Below, piece by piece: positions 54,659 to 64,000 of a stretch of DNA of 64,000 nt; positions within the stretch are counted from its first letter, which is position 1; the number at the start of each line of letters is the position of its first letter. This stretch comes from Rhizophagus irregularis. Its lineage: Eukaryota. The notes under the pieces are model-generated. The model did no database searches and had not been told where the DNA came from. It worked only from the letters and a program-made list of their open reading frames with translations. The stretch lies in NCBI RefSeq assembly GCF_026210795.1, contig NC_089435.1:3968001-4032000 (forward strand). Direction: 5' to 3'. Position numbers and translations under genes: made by a program.

Positions 54659-57600
54659 ATGAGGAGACGATATAGTCACGCCAAACCAATAAAACCAATT
54701 CGAATTCGAAATCGGTTTTCTTACAGCAATCTTGGTGAGACAACTACTTCCGGTGAGAGACGTTCACCTGTACGTTCACCTGATAATGATGACGATAACA
54801 TGGACTTTCAGTATAATCACGAAGATAATGATTTAAGTTTTCAGGACATTAATAATGATGATAATGAATATGGATCAATTGGTCCTCAGTATTACAATGA
54901 TGAGATGGAAGATGATGATCAATCATTTGATAATGAAGAGGAAGAAGAAACTGACAATGAATACAATAGTGAAGAGGAAGAGGAAAATGACAATGAATAC
55001 AATAGGGATGAGGAGGAAGATGATGATAATGGAGACAATAATGAAGAGGAGGAAGAGGAAGGTAATAATGAAGAGGAAGAGGAACGTAACAATGACGAAG
55101 AGGAACGTAATGACAACGAAGAGGAAGAAATACATCAAATTGTTGAAGCTTTGGATGAAGACAAAATACCGTCCTGCAATGGTGAATTTGCACCGTACTT
55201 TGATAATTATACAACTACGGCACTATTTTGTTGGCTTCAGAAGCATAATGTTTCTACAAAAGCATATGAAGACCTTGTTGATATCATTCACAATCCTCAA
55301 TTCGAACCTACTCATGTAGTAAAAAATATCCGTAGATTCCAATCATGGAGAAAACGTCTTCCTCTCCTACCAATAATAACAAAGCCTATTCAAATTTTAC
55401 CAAAAAAAACTCCGTCAACTTCGCGAGATTCGAAGCTTTTATATCAACTCTCAATTAGTGATATTATATTGCGTGTTCTCAACAATCCAATGCTGATGAA
55501 GCATATGTATTTCGGACCCGGTGTTAATTCTGAAACAAAGTCAGAATATTGGCATAGAACTTTATGGGGAGAATCACCACTTTTTGGACAACATGAAATA
55601 ATAATATCAGAAGGTAATAGGACAATATACTTTGGTATAATTATAATTTGTTAACATTAAAATATTTATTTTAATAAAATAGTAATATATCAATCTGGTG
55701 ATTTTGTCTACTATCATGATAATGGTCTTAAAAAACGTGGAAGGTTGAGAGCAATTTTAAAAGATGAAAATGGAAACTATGAGTTACGAGTTCAACTAAT
55801 TTTAAATTATGATGATTTACCTGGAAATATAAAAGGGCTATCAAGACGACGTCGTTCTCTAACTGGGGAAGTATGGTTTCAGGATGAACCATTTATAACC
55901 ATAATTACCTCTCAAATTTTAGAGAAAGTAACTATAATGATGACGTATAAACACCAAATTATTCCAGAAGGTTCATTACGAATTACTGAAATAATTTATA
56001 AATGTAATGACCGTTGGCACGTTCGTGATGCAAAGCTTTCATACCAACATCCTTCAGATTACATTTCTGTCAGAAATCCACCGTCGTCTATGCCAGTTTA
56101 TAAGCTGTTTTTAGATCTTTACTATGATGATTTTGGTACATTTAGAAATGTATACCATTCCTTAGGTGGCGTCTATATACAGTTTGGTAACATGCCAACG
56201 CATCAGAGAAAGCTAATCAAGAACCATTTTGTTCTTGGATTTATTCCTTTTGGTGGAAATTTTAACGAGTTTATGGTACCATTTGTTTCAGAAATAAAAA
56301 AAATTTGAGAAAGGAAAGATTATGACTGTTCAAAGACAAGATGCATGGGTTATTGCTGGGTTGGGCCTTGTTACAGCAGATCTACCTCAAGGTAATGATA
56401 TGGCAGGAGTACTGAGGTATTTTTCAATTTAATTATTAATCTTAATAATATATTTTCGTAATAACTATTAAAATGATTTAAATTTAAAAATCAATTTAGA
56501 CATAATGCAAATAAAGGTTGCCGTACTTGTACAACTAAAAAGGAATCATTGAGTACCTATAATCAGGATAGTGTGACAACATTACGTTATCATCATATCA
56601 CAGATGAAGAAATTTCAAAAATTTCTCAAGAATCTGTAAGTTCAAAAAGAGGACAACTTTGTACAGAATATGGTTTAAGATCATTACCTAGTATTTTGGA
56701 TAAATTAAAACGTGAGAGACATTTACAGACGCCACAGGATATTTATCATGCCACCGCAGGAAAGATTGGGCGGCTACTAAAACTAACCTGTGAATTATTT
56801 TCACAAGAAGGAGAGGATGATTTTGTTAAAATTTGGAAAAATTTTGAAATTCCAAAAAAGTGGTCTCGTCTACCAAATCCAATTAGTCATTACAATAGCT
56901 TTATGATGTCTGATCTTCTTAGACTAGCTATAATTATGCCATTTTTATTAAATCGATTTTTAAAGGAATCAAGCCTCAAAAATAATGAAGCAGCCACTAT
57001 TCGACAAAGGATTGATGTGGCTCGAATTAGCTTAGTGCTAAAAGCTATTATATCTTGTTGGGTACAAGTTGCAAAGACTATGAAAGCAGTTTTTAATAAG
57101 GAATTTACGTTAGATAGCTATGAGGAATTACAGCTATGTCTTAAAGAAGAGTTTTTAATTCTTCCAAAGGTATAATTATAAATTTGAAATTCAGAACATG
57201 GAATAATTTAATAATTAACAATATTTTGTTTTTTTATAGGTTTTTGCAAGTTTTGTTAACTTACCAAATATACATATTAATATGCATCTTTTGATGCATG
57301 CTAAAACTTTTGGTACACTTGTCAACTCTCAGGTTGGTATAAAAGAGATGGTTCATCGTATCTTTAAAGGAATGGTACCAAAAACTAATTGCAAAACTAT
57401 AGACCTGGATTTATTAAAACGTTACAATACTTTATTTGCAATTCGACATTTAGCAGATGGAGGTATAGATCCAAGATTAAATAGATCTTGTACTGGGTTC
57501 ACAAGTTCAAATTTTGATCAATTATTTTCGAATTGGTATGTTACAGAAGATAAATATTTAATTGAGGAACAAATTCAAAATGATGACGTAAAAGGTAAGA

Positions 57601-58243
57601 TAGCAAAATATTATAGTACTTCATATTTATTTTTTCACATATGCATAATATTTACTAAACTTTTAATTTAGTTACTTCACCAGTAAATTTTATTTCCAAT
57701 ATTTCCTTAAAAAAAAGAATGTCAAAGTAGGAACATGATAAACTTCTCTTGACTTTGCATAATTTTAAAATTGAATTGTTTTTATCTTATGTGGATATGA
57801 AGTTTGAGGCGGCACTTATAAATTCTTCAATTAGTTGGTACAAATTAGCATCATATACAATTGAAGAAAAAAATGGTATTCTTTCAAAAGTTCACCTACA
57901 TCTCGGTGATTTTATCACAATTTATGAAGAAGATCATGAAGAATCTTATGCAATAATCAAAGGTATCTTTCAACATAAGGGTAATAATAACAAATATTAT
58001 GCATTTATTGTTGTAGATTGGTTTGAAGATACTATGGTTGAACATTCAGTATTAAAATGTCCACTTTACCGTCTTCAAGCAACAGGAGATAAATGGAGAC
58101 GTATTTTTCCAATTACTGTAATAGATAATGTTCAAAAAGTACATTTTATTCATAATTGTAATTCAGAAAGGTGCCAACTACCAAATCATGATACTACAAA
58201 TAGAATTTGGATAAAAAATAATTTTTATTTTACAGCCATATAA
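54659..58243 (+). pseudogene. CMC/EnSpm-family DDE transposase, 5 exons, acidic N-terminus
   Basis: LDLYYDDFGTFRNVYHSLGGVY, VTADLPQGND...GCRTC, PQDIYHA, H...FG...KEMVH; frameshift in a poly-A near 56300 and TAG at 57728. Confidence 0.85.
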
Positions 58244-59419
58244 TTATATTAATTATATAAATATAATAAAATAATTATTTAATTTGTATCGTATAAAATT
58301 TTGGTTAAAATTAACCAATAAAATCATATGCATGATGTAATAATAAATTAAAATTAACCAATTAAAATCACTTTAATTACATGCATGTGATATCTAAAAA
58401 TAGCTAAAATTCGCGTTTATTAATGAGATTTTTTTTGTTTATTTTCAAAAATACACTTTTCTCTTGTCTTTTATATTAACACTTTACGGTATTTTGTTCG
58501 TCTCTTCTTTTCTCTTTTTAAAGTATACTTTAATTATCTTTTTACAATATTAACAATACTTTGGGACACTTTAGTTTATATATTCAACATAGTAAAACAC
58601 CCACATACGAAAAGCAAGAATAAAAAAAGAATAAAGAAAAGAAAATGTACCCACCACTCACATACGAAAGAAAAGAATAAAAGAAAGGAAAAATGTACCC
58701 ACTTAACCACATACAAAAGAGAAAAAAGCCATTTTTTAAATAAATAGTGGAGCTGTTAAGCAAGGTATGAAAATAGGATATACGCGTATTTTTCATATTT
58801 TTTTTACAATATGTTGTGATTTGAGTATTTTTTTGTTAGACTGTGGTATAAATGTGAATATATTTTTCAACGGCCATGTATCTATTGCTTGTTAAATATA
58901 TTTGCAATTTCTTTTGTAATATTTGCTTTAGCCTGGAAGAAAATGTTGTAAAATAGGGCTGGATATTTATGGCATTTTCCGCCTTCCAATTACTTTGTCC
59001 GGGGGTAGCCTGACAATTTGTCGTTGTCCGTCAGTCGTAGCAACCAGCATTTTTTTACAATATTATGATTTTAAGAAACAAAACACTCTCAAAAAAATTT
59101 AAAGAAAGAACTAACTTAAAAATATTATCATTTTTATTATTCTTTACAAAATCCCGGAATTACCTGCTCTAACTATTATCCCAAGGTTATGTATTAAATT
59201 TTAAATATATTTTACAAAGAATACATTTTATTAATCATGATTGTTTTTTTTATATATATATATATTTTTTATCCATCCACTCACATACGAAAAGAAAAGA
59301 ATAAAAAAGAGAAGAAAAAGGAAGAAAAGAAACGTACTCCACTCACCCATAATAATTCACTAATAAAAAATTATTATTATTAATGTATAATAAATAATAA
59401 ACATATATTACAATAAAAA

Positions 59420-60060
59420 TATTTTTGTGATGTTAATTCAGTGTTGATATAATATCATTACAATGTAGTTACGATATTAAATAAATGTAAAACATTTTTT
59501 GTAATATTAATTCGATATTAATATGATATTATTATGATGTAGTTACGATATCAAATAAAATTGTAATATTAATTCAATGTTAATACGACATCACTACGAT
59601 GTGGCTACGATATCAAACAGATGTAAAATATTTTTGCAATATTAATTCGATGTTAATATGATATCACTACGATGTGGTTACGATATCAAATAAAATGTCA
59701 AATATTTTGTAATATTAATTCAATGTTAATACGACATCACTACGATGTGGCTACGATATCAAACAGATGTAAAATATTTTTGCAATATTAATTCGATGTT
59801 AATATGATATCACTACGATGTGGTTACGATATCAAATAAAATGTCAAATATTTTGTAATATTAATTCAATGTTAATACAATATCACTACGACATGGTTAC
59901 GATATCAAATAAAATGTCAAATATTTTGTAATATTAATTCAATATTAATATGACATCACTACGATGTGGTTACGATATCAAATAAATGTCAAATATTTTT
60001 GTAATATTAATTCAATGTTAATACGACATCACTATGATGTGGTTACGTGATAATATTTAT
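59420..60060. repeat. Right subterminal array, ~58-bp unit x~11
   Basis: Repeated atattaattcaatgttaatacgacatcactacgatgtggttacgatatcaaa. Confidence 0.9.
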
Positions 60061-61522
60061 ATCGCATAATGATCGCAGCGATATCGCAGAGATATCGAAC
60101 TAATCAATATCGAATAAATACAGTTACGACTAACTTAACGATATCGAATCTATATTTTATCAAAATATCGTAATGATATCGTAATGATATCATTGCGATA
60201 TCTAATCAATATCGATTGTAAACTCCAAGTTTCAGCAAAGTAATACAAGAAAAAAAAATAAATATTACAGGTAAAATAAGTAAGATAATAATTATTATAA
60301 CAATTCCTAAACTTACCACATTTGAAATAACAAAATTTTTAAAAATTTCTTTCGTACAGCTACCTTCCATGATGTCTACAGCAATAATGCCTTGTAAAGA
60401 AAATGCAGGCAATATTGTATAACGAACTCCACATACAAATACATTCTTTTTAATTGCAAAAGTATTTTTTAAAGAATAACCATATCCACGAGATAAAGTG
60501 CGTTCATCTTTAGAAGCTTCATCCATAAATATAAGCTGTTCAGGTTTATAATCACGTCCAACTTTTGCAATAAATGTGCTTCTAAGAAGTTCATTCCGTT
60601 CATAAGCTACTTGATGTAACTATACAAAAACAATAAAAATAAATTACAAAAAAAATAACAAAAAAAGAAAACTACAAATAAATAAATAATAAATTTGCAC
60701 ATACTTTCTTTCTACTAATTCCACAGTAAACTAAAGATCGCTAAAGAGTTGGAATAGAAACCAACTTTCCTGTCTGTTGCTCAAGTTCTCCTACTAATTC
60801 GTCTAAATACCAATCCACCTTGTCCTTAATTAACTCTCGTAATATCTAAATTGATAATACAATTAGTAATATTCAAAAGTGAATTAATACACTATTTTAC
60901 TTATAAATTACCTTCATTTCATTTTGAGTTAGTGTTTTATGACGTCCTGGTGGTTTTTGCCATAGATTTATTACCGTTCCCCATTGTACATATATTTGCA
61001 AGATATTATCAACAGTGCGTTTGCTAATGTGTAATAATCTGGCAATTTTTATTCGACTATATCCATCATGATGAAGGTAAATAATTCTCCACTTCAGATC
61101 CTCACTAAAAGCACGAGCCATTGGGAAAAAACAACGTCTAAAGTTGAAAAATTTGAATAATCTTAATAATCGGCGAATAATCGCAAACTTTGAACGAAAA
61201 AAACGTTTAAATATTACGTAATAACTTGGTCTATAACTCTATAAAAAGCTGTAGGTGAACCTACTAGTGCAAATAATGCTGGAAAATCCTAGGTATCATT
61301 AAAAAATAATGCGACGCATATATTGGATTTAAAATATTCGGCAAAAATTGGGGTTTTTTTAATCAAATGATCGATACTGCGCATACCATTTTGAAAATGG
61401 CGATAATTGGATAATGTTCACGTGATAACAACCCCCTGGTATTCTTAGCGGGTATTCATTTTTAATGCATGATCGATACTGCGCATACCATTTTAAAAAC
61501 GGTGATAAAAAAATCACAAGTA

Positions 61523-63537
61523 CACAGGCAATCTCGATAAATCGGATCAGTTGGTTCTAGTAAAAATATCCGATATATCAAGACATCCAATATATCAAAA
61601 AAATCTCGCCAAACCGGATTTATATAAAAATATATGAAAAATCCGAAATACCAAGAAATCACGTGATTTTTCGTTCAAAATTTTCAAAATTTTATTCAAA
61701 AATGAATATGATTTTATTATTATAAAAGAACTATCTGTCATACATTAAAATCAAAATATTCATTTAGTTTACTTTGCCTTTTTTCATTTATATTATCAAA
61801 AAAGATCCTTTTTTTCAATTTAATTAAATTTTTCATTTCTAAATTACCAATTTCTAAATCTTTTTGTTGAATATATTTAATTACATTTTCAATGCTATTT
61901 AACGCAACTATTGTAGAGATTCCATCTTGCTCCTCTTCCTCTTCAATTTCCCTTTCATTTGTTCCCTTTACAACGTCAACAATTTTTTGTAATGATAATT
62001 CCTGTTCAGCAGATGCTCTATTATCAATATTAATATAGTCATTCACAGCTAAAGGATCTACGAATCCTAACTCATCAATTAATGATTGTAATTCATGTCC
62101 AATATTATCTTCTTCATAATCGGAATTGTCTGAACATTCAGAATCTTCCATATTATTATTGGGAAGGATCCAGCTTTAGCCCAACTGTTAAGAATTGTTT
62201 TTTGAGATACTTTTTTCCAGGCATCAGCAATTAAATTGATTGAATCAAAAATATCAATTGGGGTCTCCCTCTTCATAAAAATCATAAGCTTGAATACGAT
62301 TTTGACATAGCAATTTGCGATATTGTGCTTTTAAACTATAAATAATCGCCTTGATCTAATGGTTGAAGAAATGATGTTGTATTTGGTGGTAAAAAATGAA
62401 CCTTAACATTTGAAAGACTATTGATGTTCTCAGATTCATGACATCTAGCATTATCTATTAGTAAAATAATATGCCGATTTTCTCTAAGCATTTTGGAATT
62501 TAATCTTTCAAGATAATGTTTGAAAATACTTCTTTGCATCTAAGCTTTAGAGTTCCAATAATACCAAACAGGAGAGATCTTTTTTCAATTCCCTTTAATG
62601 CACGTGGTGTTTCATATTTATGAATAAAAACTAAAGGCAATCTTTCATCACCAGAAGCATTACAAGTTGCCAAAATACTAACATGTTCTTTAGGGACATT
62701 TTTTACCAAGTACAGGGATCGTGTGCTATTGTTTTGGATGGTTCTAAACACCAAAAAAAGAGCAGTTTCATCACAGTTCCAGATATCTTTCAGTTCATAT
62801 GCTTGAAGAATTTCTCGTAATTCAGCTCTCATTTGTGGAAGTTCATCAATAGGAGCACTGCCAGCTTCTCCTTTTTTTTATATGTATGCAAATGCAAATT
62901 ATTTCTCTGTTTAAAGTTGCTTAACCATCCTGCAGAAACTGAAAAGTTGGTGATATCAAGTAAGTTAGCACACTCTACTGCTTTTTGTTGGATAATAGGC
63001 CCATTTATAGTTAAATTTCTTGAAACTAGATTTTTCACGAAAATTATTTGCATTTGGTAAAATGGTATCAATGGAAAGCCGATGTTCTGATCTTTTTAAA
63101 ATATCAGAAACTGTGCTAGTGGAAATTCCATATTGTGCTGCTAATTGAACACCACTAAGTTTTTGATCTCTTCATTTTTCGCAGAGTTCTTTCTTTTGAG
63201 CTAATGTTAAAGATTTCTTCTTTTTATTATTCGTATCTTTGTTTTCTCTCATGCTAAAGTATAGTTTGAAAAAAAAAACAGTGAGAAAAATTGTTTGCCT
63301 AATTAATAAATGATTGACATAATTATTTCGGACTCCGAAAAAATTAATACGTCATATCAAGATTTTTTAATTATAGTTGATCTAGAATAAAATCCGATTT
63401 ACGAAATATTGAGATTTTACTAATAAAGTCCGATATATCAAGACTGTTTTAATATAGATGATTTGGTTCCAGAAGAAAAATCCGAAATAGTGCCAAATCC
63501 GGTTTATCGAGGATCTGATTTATCGAGATTGCCTGTG
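61523..63537 (-). mobile_element. pogo/Tigger (CENP-B-like) transposon with a disabled transposase (61738-63252)
   Basis: TIR cacaggcaatctcgataaatc / gatttatcgagattgcctgtg; TA TSD; LTLAQKKELC HTH, SAGWLSNFKQR, WNCDETALF, LLIDNA...FLPPNTTSFLQPLDQG. Confidence 0.92.
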
Positions 63538-63792
63538 TATTTACAAATTTTTAAAAATTGATTATTTTTAGAGGTGTTATGCTATAATCGCACTAAATTG
63601 AAAATAGCGATAAAAAGTTAATTGCGGTATTGCAATTCACCTTTTTATATGATTTTAATATAAAAAACTAAATTGCAATATTTCAAAAAAAATGTTCGCA
63701 TCATTTTTTTTTTTGATATTTTAATATAAATTCTGAAAATTTTCAGATTTCAGTTCAGGTTAGGTTAAACAGATAACCTGATATAACCTGAC

Positions 63793-64000
63793 TAGAGCTC
63801 CGAATGGGTCGGGTCGGGTCGGGTAATTGACTTGACCCGACCCAAGGCAAGTCATGAATTTGGTGACCCGACCCGAATATCACGGGTCAGTTCGGATACC
63901 CGACCCGACCCATTGACCCGATATATTTTGGGTCAAAAAAACGTTTCGGCACTTTTTATTACGCCAAAACGTCTTTTTTTTTGTTTCTTCTAATGAAAAA
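63793..64000. mobile_element. Left end of another hAT-like element (runs off the window)
   Basis: tagagctccgaatgggtcgggtcggg terminus with gacccg repeats. Confidence 0.7.

Larger units (their letters stand above)
47877..60240 (+). mobile_element. 12.4-kb CMC/EnSpm-type (possibly Plavaka-like) DNA transposon
   Basis: Imperfect TIR ctttacagaaaccttgaattt / aaactccaagtttcagcaaag; TA duplicated relative to the empty site in copy A; subterminal tandem arrays; transposase inside. Confidence 0.85.
47570..61121 (-). pseudogene. DD34E transposase, copy B; exons 1-3 in 60241-61121, exon 4 at 47570-47873
   Basis: Same protein as copy A, split at the intron-3 acceptor by the 12.4-kb insertion. Confidence 0.9.
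45731..61507 (-). mobile_element. Tc1/IS630-like two-gene element, copy B, with ~103-bp TIRs, interrupted by a CMC element
   Basis: TIR 45731-45833 (tatcaccattttcaaaatggtatgcgcag...) is inverted at ~61404-61507. Confidence 0.9.
40165..63612. mobile_element. ~375-bp palindromic MITE split by three large insertions
   Basis: Pieces 40165-40229, 42314-42542, 61508-61522 and 63540-63612 rejoin into an imperfect palindrome with tattgctatt / aaaatagcgata ends. Confidence 0.65.
38214..63792. mobile_element. hAT-like element expanded to ~25 kb by nested insertions
   Basis: Segments within 38214-40164 and 63613-63792 are collinear with the copy at 36807-37595. Confidence 0.75.

Noticed and set aside
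54849..55319. His-, Ser- and Met-rich ORFs
   Set aside because: Shadow frames of the acidic transposase N-terminus.
59420..60060. ~58-bp array as CRISPR
   Set aside because: No unique spacers; it is the subterminal repeat of the CMC element.

Overview
Very AT-rich eukaryotic DNA with short GT-AG introns. The style suggests an arbuscular mycorrhizal (Glomeromycota-like) fungus, which is an inference from composition and gene types. Host genes are few: the 3' end of a dsRNA-binding-domain gene (2-238) and a minus-strand island at 10.9-19.7 kb with SKI2, a Gti1/Pac2 (WOPR) transcription factor and COA6. Most of the rest is transposon DNA. About 20 non-autonomous TIR elements have readable TSDs, including six with 6-bp TSDs. 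A 25-kb four-level nest (38.2-63.8 kb) holds an inverted dimer of a two-gene Tc1-like element (DD34E transposase plus a Cys-cluster/SAM cargo gene), a 12.4-kb CMC/EnSpm-type element with a trihelix-Myb/RS-tail accessory gene, and a pogo-type element. The most unusual signals are: (i) a ~1-kb non-coding insert with a tRNA-like 5' head and a degenerate Penelope-type hammerhead ribozyme at its 3' end; (ii) a fragmented protelomerase-like tyrosine recombinase pseudogene; (iii) a micro-exon array carrying an antisense mitochondrial cox1 fragment; (iv) a ~110-bp hairpin module shared by elements with unrelated ends. Everything was read by eye without searches, so family assignments are unverified.
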